From: Patescibacteria group bacterium
GTDB lineage: Bacteria > Patescibacteriota > Dojkabacteria > GCA-002793355
Assembly (NCBI GenBank): GCA_016860985.1
Contig: BOKM01000001.1
Span: 920,040 to 984,039, forward strand
Length of the DNA: 64,000 nt
Reading direction: 5' to 3'
Below, piece after piece: positions 10,402 through 20,224 of this stretch; position 1 is the stretch's first letter; each line of letters begins with the position of its first letter. Below the pieces are notes generated by a model. The model was not told where the DNA came from, did not search any database, and worked only from the letters and a program-made list of their open reading frames with translations. A program made the translations under genes and the position numbers.

Positions 10402-10974
10402 CTATTCCGTCCAGCTTGTATCGCTATCTTCTTGAGCTGACGAGTCCGCTTTGGGCCCAATATAGGAAACAATCCACTTCTCGCCTATCTTCTCGAGTTC
10501 AGCGTATTCAAGATTCGTAATTTCTTCAACTTTTTGTTTTAACTTGAACTCAACTGATGCAGAGGAGTTTTCAATATTTACTGATGAAATACTGATACCT
10601 GTAATATTGTCTTTAAAAAGAGATGCGAGTGTGTCTCCGTTATTATTCAACGGTGTATAAAGATCGTCGTAAAGCCTGCTGGTAGAAACTGATTTAACAG
10701 TGTCTTTGTCATCTTCGCTCATTGCGGTGAAAAGCGTTTTAACTGCAACTGCTTGTGGTGTCTTTTGCATGCCATAGTTGAGTGCAAAAATGCCGCCAAC
10801 CGCGCAAGAACAGCAAAGCACTGCTAAACCGACAAGTACCATGAGAATAATGACAACTGGGTTCTTCTTTTTCTTTTGTTCCGGTTGTGTGACGGGTGTT
10901 GATGCCGCTTCTGTTACTGGCGCTACATTCTCTGTTACTACTTTGGCTTCTGGTGCGAGCGAGTCTTCTTGCAT
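10402..10974 (-). CDS. Hypothetical N-terminally TM-anchored small protein with an acidic N-terminal tail
   Basis: A KKKKNP stretch precedes the TM VVIILMVLVGLAVLCCSCAVGGIFAL, followed by a soluble beta-rich domain of about 120 aa. No family was recognised. Confidence 0.5.
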   Translation of the reverse strand: MQEDSLAPEAKVVTENVAPVTEAASTPVTQPEQKKKKNPVVIILMVLVGLAVLCCSCAVGGIFALNYGMQKTPQAVAVKTLFTAMSEDDKDTVKSVSTSRLYDDLYTPLNNNGDTLASLFKDNITGISISSVNIENSSASVEFKLKQKVEEITNLEYAELEKIGEKWIVSYIGPKADSSAQEDSDTSWTE

Positions 10975-11072
10975 AATAATTGGATGAGCTTAGATGGAAT
11001 TATTGTACGCGAATTTTTGCAGAATCGCAAAAATTCGCATACAACACCACGTTATTCATAGTATAATTCTCT

Positions 11073-12047
11073 ATGAATATTGTTGGAATTGAAACAACGT
11101 GCGACGAGACCTCGTTTGCACTCGTGCAAGATGGAGAAAAGATACTTCACGAAGTTACAATGTCTCAAATTCTGAAGCATGCACCCTATGGAGGTGTTGT
11201 TCCAGAACTTGGAGCAAGGGAGCATGTAAAAAACATTGAACAATTAGGTGAAAAATTTTTCCAGGACATAAAAAATTATCCAATTGACGGCGTCGCAGTC
11301 GCATCCAAAGTTGGACTTCCTCCCGCTGTTCAAGTTGGAGAGGCGTATGCGCAGGGGTTAGCGAAAGCACTCAATGTTCCGCTTTATCCAATCAATCATG
11401 TAGTCGCCCATGTTTGGGGCGTTTGGATAGATAGCGCGTTTGTCGAAAAACCAACCTTTCCGTTTCTTGGTGTTATCGTTTCTGGTGGTCATACTCAATT
11501 GATTACTTTTTCCTCCCCTACCGAATTTGACATTATTGGGGAAACAAAAGACGACGCCATAGGCGAGGCATTTGATAAAGTGGCAAGCATTCTAGGGCTC
11601 CCCTATCCAGGTGGCCCGGAAATTGAAAGAGTATCAGAAAAAGGTGATAGCCATGCGGTAGCGTTGCCGATTCCACTGGAACATGAGGATACACTTGATT
11701 TCAGTTTTGCAGGTTTAAAAACTGCGGTTAGAACCTATGTTGAAAAAGAGCTTCCTAATCAGCACGAAACTTACAAGGAGTATTTTATTGCAGATGTCGC
11801 TGCCTCTTTTCAACGTGTCGCCTTTACTCATATCGCACAAAAACTCGAGAAGGCAATCGCAAAAACAGGTGCAAAGCAGGTAGTCATTGGAGGCGGTGTT
11901 GCTGCAAGCCAACGGCTGACAGATATTCTTTACTCATACATGCATGAAAAAGAAATTAAGGTAGAATTATTCGTACCACATCGACAATATTGTACCGACA
12001 ACGCGAGCGTTATCGCTGGTTATGCATTTAACCTCGCAGCCGCATAA
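11073..12047 (+). CDS. tsaD: tRNA N6-adenosine threonylcarbamoyltransferase TsaD (Kae1/YgjD)
   Basis: The N-terminus reads MNIVGIETTCDETSFALV. The metal-binding INHVVAHV motif, VSGGHTQL and GGGVAAS motifs are present. Confidence 0.85.
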   Translation: MNIVGIETTCDETSFALVQDGEKILHEVTMSQILKHAPYGGVVPELGAREHVKNIEQLGEKFFQDIKNYPIDGVAVASKVGLPPAVQVGEAYAQGLAKALNVPLYPINHVVAHVWGVWIDSAFVEKPTFPFLGVIVSGGHTQLITFSSPTEFDIIGETKDDAIGEAFDKVASILGLPYPGGPEIERVSEKGDSHAVALPIPLEHEDTLDFSFAGLKTAVRTYVEKELPNQHETYKEYFIADVAASFQRVAFTHIAQKLEKAIAKTGAKQVVIGGGVAASQRLTDILYSYMHEKEIKVELFVPHRQYCTDNASVIAGYAFNLAAA

Positions 12048-12049
12048 GC

Positions 12050-13240
12050 ATGAGGAATGCCAAAATCTTGGTTTTGCTTAATAGTGTGTATTATGCATGG
12101 TTTTGGTTAGGGGTTTGGGTACTGTACTACTCCCGTTTTGGTGGTTTTGCTGCAGTAGGAATTCTCGAAACGGTTATGATTGTTTCAACAATTATTTTTG
12201 AGATTCCAACAGGTGCCATTGGTGATTTACTCGGAAAAAAGAAAACACTTATAGTCGCGTATATTTTAAGTGGGATTTCAAATATTTGGATGGGATTTGC
12301 GCCAAATTTATTACACATGTGCTTGTCGCTCGTATTAATGAATTTTGGTGGTGCTCTTCGGTCAGGTACATTTGAGGCATTGTTATATGAATCGTTAAAA
12401 GCAGAAGGTAAAGAAACCCGCTATACAAAAATACTCTCTTCGATGACTGCAAGTCGACTGATAACTTTATCTATCGCGGGGATAATTGGTGGTTATTTGT
12501 ATCAGTTTTCGCCGCAGTTGCCGTTTATTCTTACAGGAGTAGTCATCACGCTTGGTGGACTTTTATCGATATTCCTGCAAGATGTTGCGGAGGAACAAGA
12601 ATCATTTTCACTTACTACTTATTTGAAGCAGAACGTCAAAGGTACAAAGGAACTGTTTAAGACTAAAGAAATTGCAGTTCGCACAGGTGCTCTACTATTG
12701 ATAATGGTTGTAGTGCTAATAATGTATGAAGGTTTGAATGATATATTGTCTGTTGGTTTTGGCTTTACAGAGGTTCAGCTCGGCATTTTTGCGGCTGTGC
12801 TAGGGTTGGTTGGGGCAGGTTCTTCGATGCTTGCGGGTAGATTCTCTGAAAAAGGATATGGTCGTATGTTGTATTTGTGGGCAATCATAATGTATGGCGT
12901 CAGTTTGGTAATCTCACCATTTGTTGGGTTCCTACTTGGAGGGGCTACCATTTTGCTGCGTAATATTGCAGGGCCAATTATTGAGAATGAAACCTCTGCT
13001 TTTCTAAACGAAAAAGTAGAATCACGGTACAGAGCTACCGCATTATCTGCTTTTTCTATGCTTAAAAGTCTTCCCTACGCAATGAGCATTTATTTAATTA
13101 GTGCTGCAACTGATTTTTTCCCTCCTGCGTGGGTTGCCTTTTCTATCGGGTGTTTTTTTGCGTTTGGCGTGCTCATCAATTGGATCGTTTTTCGACCGAA
13201 GGTGCATGATGCTTCGGAAATGGATGGCGTGAAAGTGTAA
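12050..13240 (+). CDS. MFS transporter, a paralogue of 53743..54930
   Basis: About 12 TM segments. The two N-termini are similar, with VWVLYYSRF here and VWVLIWRNY in the paralogue. Both carry the G(D/A)L(L/I)G(K/R)(K/R) MFS loop motif. There is a 3-bp gap after tsaD. Confidence 0.7.
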   Translation: MRNAKILVLLNSVYYAWFWLGVWVLYYSRFGGFAAVGILETVMIVSTIIFEIPTGAIGDLLGKKKTLIVAYILSGISNIWMGFAPNLLHMCLSLVLMNFGGALRSGTFEALLYESLKAEGKETRYTKILSSMTASRLITLSIAGIIGGYLYQFSPQLPFILTGVVITLGGLLSIFLQDVAEEQESFSLTTYLKQNVKGTKELFKTKEIAVRTGALLLIMVVVLIMYEGLNDILSVGFGFTEVQLGIFAAVLGLVGAGSSMLAGRFSEKGYGRMLYLWAIIMYGVSLVISPFVGFLLGGATILLRNIAGPIIENETSAFLNEKVESRYRATALSAFSMLKSLPYAMSIYLISAATDFFPPAWVAFSIGCFFAFGVLINWIVFRPKVHDASEMDGVKV

Positions 13241-13853
13241 TATTGAGTTGGTCTTTTAGAATCAATGATAAATATGCGACTCGATCTTCGTTACTAAAAA
13301 GCGAGAAATCTGTACCCTCTTTTGCTTTGTGATCATTGCAATAGTATCCAAGGTAGTCAAAATTACCTTGATAGGTATGTACACCACAAATGTTACACGT
13401 AAAAGGAAAGGAAACTACATCATAAAAGCTCAATACTTTCATAATCAAAAGAAAAATACCGAGCTGTGCCCGCTCGACGTCCTTTGCTTCGTTTAGCTCT
13501 AACAACGATTGATAAAGTGAGAAAAAAAAGCTTCGCTCAGGTAAAAAATATGTATGCTTTAAAACCGCGAGTAGAATCTGAAACAAAACGATAGTCACTA
13601 AATCACTTTTTATAAATGAAAAAGACTCTACAATTTCTGCCTCTGTTAGGTAATAGTGATGTCTTTTGTATAGCTTTGCTTTGATAGTATTTCCGAGGTC
13701 GAGGGCTTTGCCTCTTCTACTTGTTTCTCTATTTCCGCCTTTTACGACAATCGTTTGTTGCCCTTCAAAGGGAGATATTCCGCGAAAGGCGATATCATCG
13801 GTATATTTTTTGGAATCAAGAATTAGGAACAGCCCACTTACGTACTCACGCAT
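13176..13853 (-). CDS. recO: DNA repair protein RecO. The start is taken at the second Met; the track ORF begins at 13868.
   Basis: The N-terminal OB-fold pattern is SGLFLILDSKKYTDDIAFRGISPFEGQQTIVVKGGNRETSRR (compare B. subtilis EGIVLRTNDYGE..GKIGVMARGAKK). A C-terminal C-x2-C-x14-C-x2-H zinc finger is present as CNICGVHTYQGNFDYLGYYCNDH. The 3' end overlaps the convergent MFS gene by 65 bp. Confidence 0.55.
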   Translation of the reverse strand: MREYVSGLFLILDSKKYTDDIAFRGISPFEGQQTIVVKGGNRETSRRGKALDLGNTIKAKLYKRHHYYLTEAEIVESFSFIKSDLVTIVLFQILLAVLKHTYFLPERSFFFSLYQSLLELNEAKDVERAQLGIFLLIMKVLSFYDVVSFPFTCNICGVHTYQGNFDYLGYYCNDHKAKEGTDFSLFSNEDRVAYLSLILKDQLNITLSRHPFPKHHAPSVEKRSN

Positions 13854-15039
13854 ATGGAATTTTGGCAAAATTATGCATGAATTGTTCTTTCGTGAATGGT
13901 TTTGCAGAATGTCTAATTTTTTCTTTAGAATATGTTTGTGCGAAATGTCGCCTCACTGCTACCGCAAGACTTTCGGTCGTATTTGTTGGAAATAATACCC
14001 CATTAATTCCCTCTCTTATTATTTCGGGAGTTGCTCCTGCAGCATAACCAATAACTGGAGTTCCAACTGCAAGTGATTCAATTTTTGTAATACCAAAGTC
14101 TTCGTCGTTTAGTGAAAAAGAGGCGGAAGAGTTAGCGAGGAGTATCATTTTTTCTTCTTCTGGTATATAACCAGTAAAACAGAGAGGACCAAACTTTCGG
14201 CATAAAGTGTTTGTTGAGTCAATTTTAAAGAGTGTTTCTTGCAACCCTTTCTTTTGAGCTCTCTTTATTAGATTCTGAAGGTAGGGACCATCGCCCATGA
14301 TAACCGTTAATTCTGTGAGTTTGCCTTCTGCAGCTGCGTCAACTAATAAGTCGATATTCTTGTAGCTTTCTATTCTTGAAACATGCGTAAAGTAGGTGCC
14401 AAGCTCTTGTACCAGATGTTCGCTGTGAAAATTAATTTTGAGCAATTTTTCCGACACCGCGCCTGGATAAATAACGGTTGATTGTTGGTTGTAAAAAGAT
14501 CTAATCCTAGTGCGGGTTGCCTCTGAAATTGCAACGATTTGGGGGCAATGCATAATGCCATCGAGGTCATACAACTGTGACCGGAATCTCATTATGTCGG
14601 TAATAAGAAATACCGAGGTCATTTGCTTTAGTAAGCTGTGTGCATGCTCTAAGTTCCAAAGAAATCTAGCGGGTGTATTCATATAAACGAGATGTTTGCC
14701 GTTTGCTGGAGGAACAATGGAATGAGCCAAGAAAGCGGTAAAACTTATCACAAAATCGTAAGAGGCAAGATTCCACGAATGCTGTATTGCTGGTAGAAGA
14801 AAGTTACAAATACGAAAGAAAACACTCCGAAGAAATCTAATCCGTGGACCTGTGTGCACATGCTCTGTCCCTATTTCATTTTTTATTTTTAGAAGATATT
14901 GTCGACTAAAAGGTGAATCAACAACAAATCCAAAATAAACATCCACATTTGGCGCGTAGAGTGTGATTAAATCCATAAGGACGCGCTCTGCCCCCCCCTC
15001 TAGGGCAGGTACGTAGTCGTAGACGATTGCAGTGCGCAT
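13846..15039 (-). CDS. Glycosyltransferase family 4 (GT-B, retaining)
   Basis: The N-terminal Gly loop reads YDYVPALEGGAERV. The C-terminal motif ESLAVGTPVIGYAAGATPEIIREGINGVLFP fits the EX7E region. Confidence 0.75.
   Translation of the reverse strand: MRTAIVYDYVPALEGGAERVLMDLITLYAPNVDVYFGFVVDSPFSRQYLLKIKNEIGTEHVHTGPRIRFLRSVFFRICNFLLPAIQHSWNLASYDFVISFTAFLAHSIVPPANGKHLVYMNTPARFLWNLEHAHSLLKQMTSVFLITDIMRFRSQLYDLDGIMHCPQIVAISEATRTRIRSFYNQQSTVIYPGAVSEKLLKINFHSEHLVQELGTYFTHVSRIESYKNIDLLVDAAAEGKLTELTVIMGDGPYLQNLIKRAQKKGLQETLFKIDSTNTLCRKFGPLCFTGYIPEEEKMILLANSSASFSLNDEDFGITKIESLAVGTPVIGYAAGATPEIIREGINGVLFPTNTTESLAVAVRRHFAQTYSKEKIRHSAKPFTKEQFMHNFAKIPYA
14991..14998 (-). repeat. Homopolymeric G8 tract (C8 on the + strand) at codons 14-17 of the GT4 gene. 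Candidate slipped-strand contingency site.
   Basis: The sequence ctctgcccccccctctag encodes E-G-G-A with ggg ggg codons. The genome is about 40% GC. Confidence 0.4.
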
Positions 15040-15642
15040 TTACGTGATATGCACAGGGTTAATGTACAATGGCTCAAGCGAGCTGCTGTGGCTAGCTCGT
15101 TCTATTAACTGTCTGAAAGATACTGGATCTGAAAGGAGCTCAGGCAACCGACGATAGCTTATTGTTGTAGTTATTTCTTCTTCTCCAACAGCAAGTAATG
15201 CTGGGAGATCTGCTATTTGTTCCCATTCTTTATAGCTAATCTGGGACTCTGCCTGTGATGCAGAGAAATAACCTTTACTGGCAGTTAGTTGATTGGTAGG
15301 TACTCTTGGCCATGCTTTAAGAAAAATTGGTCCGTCGTGATTTGTAGCTGCCCTGATGAGGTCAAACGAAGTATATGAGCAAATGTGAGTCGCAGGTAAA
15401 AGTTGTGCATGCATTAAGCCATAAACATACGCAATTCCTGTTCTGATTCCAGAGTAAGAACCTGGACCTCTGTTTACAAAAACTGTTGTTTCAGAGGTAA
15501 TATTTTGTTCGTTTAGACTTGCAAAAAGTTCTGTAAAATCTGCAACCGATGTTGAATCGTAGGTAGTCCCTTGTAGTGATACTACGGACATTGGGCGTAA
15601 TGCCGTTTGAATAATGAGTAGGTGATTATTTTGTGCATTCAT
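15040..15642 (-). CDS. tsaB: tRNA threonylcarbamoyladenosine biosynthesis protein TsaB (YeaZ-type inactive Kae1 paralogue)
   Basis: The N-terminus LLIIQTALRPMSVVSL is followed by ..VNRGPGSYSGIRTGIAYVYGL. Start and stop are contiguous with the GT4 gene and with tsaE. Confidence 0.7.
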   Translation of the reverse strand: MNAQNNHLLIIQTALRPMSVVSLQGTTYDSTSVADFTELFASLNEQNITSETTVFVNRGPGSYSGIRTGIAYVYGLMHAQLLPATHICSYTSFDLIRAATNHDGPIFLKAWPRVPTNQLTASKGYFSASQAESQISYKEWEQIADLPALLAVGEEEITTTISYRRLPELLSDPVSFRQLIERASHSSSLEPLYINPVHIT

Positions 15643-16042
15643 AATTTCGTTCTCCGTTCTCTAACTGATGTATGTTTACCGTCATATGTGGAAGTGCGCT
15701 AACAATATCTCCCGCCTTTTCAGGCCATTCAATAAACACGATGGTCGACGAATCAATATAATCCCAAAAACCAATCTGTTCTAATACTTTTTCTGCGTTT
15801 TGAGTTTCAATTCTATAAAAATCACAATGCACTATTCGCTTTTTTCCGTTCCAGTCGCATTTATATTCTTGCAGAAAAGTAAACGTTGGGCTTGGTAAGT
15901 GTGTTGTGATACCTGCAATTGTTTTGGCGAACTGATTTGTTAAGTAAGTTTTGCCCGCACCAAGTGGACCTTGTAGAAAAACCACAGGCTGCTCGGTTGC
16001 AACATATGCGCTTATAAATTCAAGTGCTTGGGTGATATCCAT
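15626..16042 (-). CDS. tsaE: tRNA threonylcarbamoyladenosine biosynthesis ATPase TsaE (YjeE)
   Basis: Walker A reads LQGPLGAGKTYLTNQFAK. The SPTFTFLQEYKC...HCDFYRIE motif corresponds to SPTF..HxDxYRL of YjeE. Length is about 138 aa. Confidence 0.75.
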   Translation of the reverse strand: MDITQALEFISAYVATEQPVVFLQGPLGAGKTYLTNQFAKTIAGITTHLPSPTFTFLQEYKCDWNGKKRIVHCDFYRIETQNAEKVLEQIGFWDYIDSSTIVFIEWPEKAGDIVSALPHMTVNIHQLENGERNYECTK

Positions 16043-16072
16043 TACCTATTATACCAATTATTCCTAAAGCCG

Positions 16073-17527
16073 TTACTTTGCCTCTAAGATCTTTTGAACA
16101 GTTTTTAAGAGAATTATTAACGTTGCGTCAGAAAAATAGCGAAGTGTTTCGGTTGTAAGCCCTGTAAGAAATTCGAGTCCTTTAATTGTATCTGGTTTCA
16201 CGTCAACTATTCGCCCAAGAATTTGCTGAACAACTCGTTCACGTTCTAACATCTTGAGTGCTCCTTGAAATGGTCGGTTGATTTCATTTCTAAGTAATTC
16301 ATTCATCTCTTTTATGACGCGCTCTCCAGTGGAATTAGTTCCTGCGTTTTTTGCTCGTTCTGCAAATAACCATAGCAATTCAGTCGCCTTTTCATTTACG
16401 TAGGCAACTTCATTGGGAAGCTCTCGTATGATTGCGTACGCAATGACCTCTCTTCTACTTGCTGTCCCTCGGAAAGATAAGGAAGAGTCGTTCGCGCACT
16501 GCTTAAATAAGAGGTACTTTTCTGCAATAGATTTAAGATTTTCACCGAAATCACAAAGAAAGTTTTGTGAATCAAATCCGTGTGTTCCTTTCTTTCTCCA
16601 GTACAACAAGGCTGCGAGCTCGTGAAGTACACGTGCTTGTTCTCCAATATTTGCTATATCGTGGAGTGCTTCCTGTGCCGTAGGTACGTCTCCCCAATTT
16701 TTTAGAGTATGTTTTGATACAAACAATTCTCGCTTAACTCGTTCTCGCTCACTTTGGATCAATTCCGTATGTGAAGGGAGTATTCCTGCATTTTTATAGT
16801 AGTAAGCACCAGCTTCTTCTGCTGCCTGCTCAAGTAAATTAATGATACCGGTTACCCCTGGGTCTCGTTCTTGGTGTGCTTGTGCGATACTGCGTTCAAT
16901 TTCATCTTGAATTGTAAAGGGGTTTGATTCACCGACGTATTCACGCCACCCTTCTTCGGAAACAACAATATCAGAAGACTTTTTTGCTGCAGCTATCCCA
17001 ACCATTTGTGCGATTGCATCGACAAGAAGCCTACCTTTTAGTCCTTTCGAATAGCTTACCGTTGAATCAAGAAGTTGAGCTTTAACTTCTTCCTTTACTT
17101 CTTCGGGGGCGATTACTGCTCGGATACTCCCCGCAAAAATTCGTTTGGTCTTGACTGCAGGTAACACGCTGTTAGCCGAAAGCGTTATTGATCTGTGCCA
17201 TGTCTCCGGCGGAGGGAGCTGATTTTCGCTATAATTTTCGGGACTTGGTAAATGGAGGCACAATAGAACTTGGTTACTGTCTCCATCACCTATTGCTTCT
17301 TTTCTTAGGTGTGTGGGGTTTGTTATATCGTTAGTATGAAACGTAAAAAAATCCGCGTCTGTTACTGTTATGCTCCCTTCATGAATAAGTGTGTGAAATT
17401 CCTCAGAAAAGGGCGAAATGAGAGCGTAGTGATAGACCGAACCTGGAGGTCCCCAAAAATCAGTGAGCGCTTTTGCTTCCTGCTTCACCATTGGGAGTGT
17501 TTCTACTTCTCCGCCCATGAATTTCAC
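16073..17527 (-). CDS. Hypothetical cytoplasmic protein (484 aa), largely alpha-helical
   Basis: Long clean ORF with no TM segment. No family was recognised by eye. Confidence 0.5.
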   Translation of the reverse strand: MKFMGGEVETLPMVKQEAKALTDFWGPPGSVYHYALISPFSEEFHTLIHEGSITVTDADFFTFHTNDITNPTHLRKEAIGDGDSNQVLLCLHLPSPENYSENQLPPPETWHRSITLSANSVLPAVKTKRIFAGSIRAVIAPEEVKEEVKAQLLDSTVSYSKGLKGRLLVDAIAQMVGIAAAKKSSDIVVSEEGWREYVGESNPFTIQDEIERSIAQAHQERDPGVTGIINLLEQAAEEAGAYYYKNAGILPSHTELIQSERERVKRELFVSKHTLKNWGDVPTAQEALHDIANIGEQARVLHELAALLYWRKKGTHGFDSQNFLCDFGENLKSIAEKYLLFKQCANDSSLSFRGTASRREVIAYAIIRELPNEVAYVNEKATELLWLFAERAKNAGTNSTGERVIKEMNELLRNEINRPFQGALKMLERERVVQQILGRIVDVKPDTIKGLEFLTGLTTETLRYFSDATLIILLKTVQKILEAK

Positions 17528-17570
17528 TGGAAAGTTATTATTGTATTATAGCAACTTACCACCGAAATTA

Positions 17571-19094
17571 CTATAAGTCTATCTTGCCGGTAAGCGTGAG
17601 TTTGCTGATAAATCCAATATCGTGAGAAACAATTAATACTCCTCCATCGTATTCGTTGAGTGCGACCACTAATTCATCAACACTTTCTGTGTCAAGGTTA
17701 TTTGTAGGTTCATCAAGTAGAAGTACTGCACGTGGGGAAACAGATGCCATCGTAAGCGCAAGGCGGGCCTTTTCTCCACCACTAAGCGTTCCAGCTTCTC
17801 TGTTTACTTGGTCATCGTGAGTAAATAGGAAGTTCCCAAGTACTTTTCGTAGTTCTTCATACTCAAGTTGTGGTGCAAGCTCCGCAATGTGTGACAAGAG
17901 TGTTTTATTTGAAGAAATAAGCGAATAATGTTGGTCGATGTATAGTGATTGATTCGGGAGTATAGGTTTGTTTTCGCTTTTTAGGTAATAATCCTCCTGT
18001 TTTCGATGAATTGCTTTAAGTAACGAAGATTTGCCACTTCCATTTCTGCCACGAACATGGAACTTGTCTTTATTGGTTAGTCGGAATGTAAGGTGCTGTT
18101 GTAGTAACTTATCTCCTGCGTAAAGGTCTGCATCATGAATATCGATGAGTGAAAATACCTCTGAATCCGCAGTGCCGAGTTCAATATTTAGTGTTTGCGT
18201 TCGTTTTAACTTTTCTTTTATCTCTTTAATCTCTGCTCTACTTTCACGTTCTGCTTGTCGAGCAAGAGCCATGTCATGACTGGTAGATTTGCCAGCTTGA
18301 TCCTGAAAATAACCACGAATGATTGCAGGTACCTTTAGTGCTTGATACTTTTTTTCATCAGCTTCTCTTCGCATTATTCGTTCTGAGACCTTTTGTTTGC
18401 GGTCTTTTGCTGCCTTAATCTCTTTGGTCTGTACTCTGAGTTTGCGCTCTAAAACAAATCTTTCGTGGGCTTTCTGTTCGACAAATAGAGAGTAATTACC
18501 TGTATATTTTGTGAGTTTTTGTTCTCTTATCTCAAAAATTTTTTCAACGACTTGATCAAGCACGTACGAATCGTGTGACACTATAACCAATGCTTTTTTA
18601 TAGGCGTGGAGCTCCTTTAATAATCGCTCAGTACCCACTGAATCTAGATGGTTTGTCGGCTCGTCGAGTAGGAGTAAGTCAGGTTTTACAAGCAGCGCAA
18701 GCGCAAGATGCAACATGGTTAACTCACCTCCGCTTAATTGCTTCATAAGTTTTTCTGCTGTTACTGCCTTATAATCAAAAAGTTTTTCGATTTTGTGGAA
18801 AACATTCCACCCCTCGTCGCTATATTGCATTGCGTAGCTTATTACGGGGAGTTCTCGCTCATCTTTGCCAAGACGTATTTCTTGCGGCACATAAAACGTG
18901 GTCGTTCGAACATCTATTTCTCCTTTTCTTGGTGCACTCTTGGTCGACAATGCCTGAAGAAGCGTTGTCTTTCCTGTACCATTCTTTCCAACAAGCCCGA
19001 TTTTTTCGCCTGGCATTATGCTAAAGGTCGCGTGGCTTAATAGTATCTTATTGTTAACCGTTAGTTGTATATCGTTTGCGTAAACCAAGTACAT
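17571..19094 (-). CDS. ABC-F family ATPase (two fused ABC cassettes, no TMD). Translation factor or ribosome-protection type.
   Basis: Walker A motifs [14 protein letters not shown] and [14 protein letters not shown] are present. Signatures [15 protein letters not shown] and [12 protein letters not shown] are present, with a charged linker between the cassettes. Confidence 0.8.
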   Translation of the reverse strand: MYLVYANDIQLTVNNKILLSHATFSIMPGEKIGLVGKNGTGKTTLLQALSTKSAPRKGEIDVRTTTFYVPQEIRLGKDERELPVISYAMQYSDEGWNVFHKIEKLFDYKAVTAEKLMKQLSGGELTMLHLALALLVKPDLLLLDEPTNHLDSVGTERLLKELHAYKKALVIVSHDSYVLDQVVEKIFEIREQKLTKYTGNYSLFVEQKAHERFVLERKLRVQTKEIKAAKDRKQKVSERIMRREADEKKYQALKVPAIIRGYFQDQAGKSTSHDMALARQAERESRAEIKEIKEKLKRTQTLNIELGTADSEVFSLIDIHDADLYAGDKLLQQHLTFRLTNKDKFHVRGRNGSGKSSLLKAIHRKQEDYYLKSENKPILPNQSLYIDQHYSLISSNKTLLSHIAELAPQLEYEELRKVLGNFLFTHDDQVNREAGTLSGGEKARLALTMASVSPRAVLLLDEPTNNLDTESVDELVVALNEYDGGVLIVSHDIGFISKLTLTGKIDL

Positions 19095-19132
19095 GCGGAG
19101 GTTGAAGAATTTAGCGAGTAAGTATTAATGTA

Positions 19133-20218
19133 TTATACCTTCTCTTCGAGGTTCTGTCTTGCTGCAACTGCATCTGCAATATCACTAACAAGGTGCGGGC
19201 CTTCTATAATCATTCCGGTTATGAGCATCAATAAATCTGCTCCTGCATCGAGCTTTTCTAGCGCATCCTCAACTGAAAGTATTCCTCCGACACCCAAAAT
19301 GGTGAAATCTTTACCCATATATTCACGAGTACTTTTTATGAGTTCCGTTGATAATTGCCTGCAGGGCTTTCCACTTAGTCCTCCACGATACTCTTTTGGA
19401 GCTTCTTGTCTAACGTCCAGATCGTCATAATTTTTATTCAGATTACCGATGACGACTCCCTGCACCTTATATTTAGCACAAACATCGAGCAGTGCTCTTA
19501 TCTCTTCCCAAGGTGGATTAATTGGAAGTTTTACATAAATTGGCTTACTGTTTCTGATTGCTGCGATCTGCGAAAGGAGTGCATCAAGTCTGTTAGGTTC
19601 TGCAAAGGTTTCGCCGCCAAAAGCATTTGGGCATGATATGTTGATTGTGAAATAGTCACCAATATCAGCTGCAACAAACTTTTGATAAGTACCAACATAA
19701 TCTGTTATTCCTTCTTGGTCAGTTACTGCACAGGCATCATTTGTTCTTGCGATACTTACTCCAATAATAAACTCTTTTTTAATACTTTCTTTTTTCTGCT
19801 GAAGTCGCTTAATAATTGCATCTGCTCCGTCGTTTCGTAGTCCTTTATACACAATAAGACTTTTTGACTTAAGCGCCCTGCCTAATCGAGGTTTTTTATT
19901 TCCTTCACAGGGTCTTAATGTTACAGAACCAATCTCTTCACCGCCGAATCCCAATTCAGGAAGTATGGTCGGAAGTCTTGCATTATAATCAAACCCAGCA
20001 GAAAGAAGAATTGGTGTTTTATAACGAATACCATCGACTGTTTTACTAATATCTTTTCCCCGATATCCATAAATGCCTCGAACTATGCTTCTCGTAATTT
20101 TTGATGTACCTAATATTTCACCAAATGCAGTAAATAAATTGTGATCGATTTCTGGGTCAAAAAGAAACAATATGGGTTTGAGAAAGGTTTTGTATAAGAC
20201 TGCAAATATTCGTTTCAT
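19133..20218 (-). CDS. pyrD: Dihydroorotate dehydrogenase, with class-2 overall architecture but Cys at the catalytic-base position
   Basis: Collinear with E. coli PyrD. The N-terminus L(F)DPE..H, then SVTLRPCEGNKKPRLGR (compare TVTPRPQPGNDKPRLFR), GGLSGKP and ILGVGGI all align. The active-site loop reads NISCPN, whereas class-2 enzymes have NISSPN. Confidence 0.7.
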   Translation of the reverse strand: MKRIFAVLYKTFLKPILFLFDPEIDHNLFTAFGEILGTSKITRSIVRGIYGYRGKDISKTVDGIRYKTPILLSAGFDYNARLPTILPELGFGGEEIGSVTLRPCEGNKKPRLGRALKSKSLIVYKGLRNDGADAIIKRLQQKKESIKKEFIIGVSIARTNDACAVTDQEGITDYVGTYQKFVAADIGDYFTINISCPNAFGGETFAEPNRLDALLSQIAAIRNSKPIYVKLPINPPWEEIRALLDVCAKYKVQGVVIGNLNKNYDDLDVRQEAPKEYRGGLSGKPCRQLSTELIKSTREYMGKDFTILGVGGILSVEDALEKLDAGADLLMLITGMIIEGPHLVSDIADAVAARQNLEEKV

Positions 20219-20224
20219 GAATGA

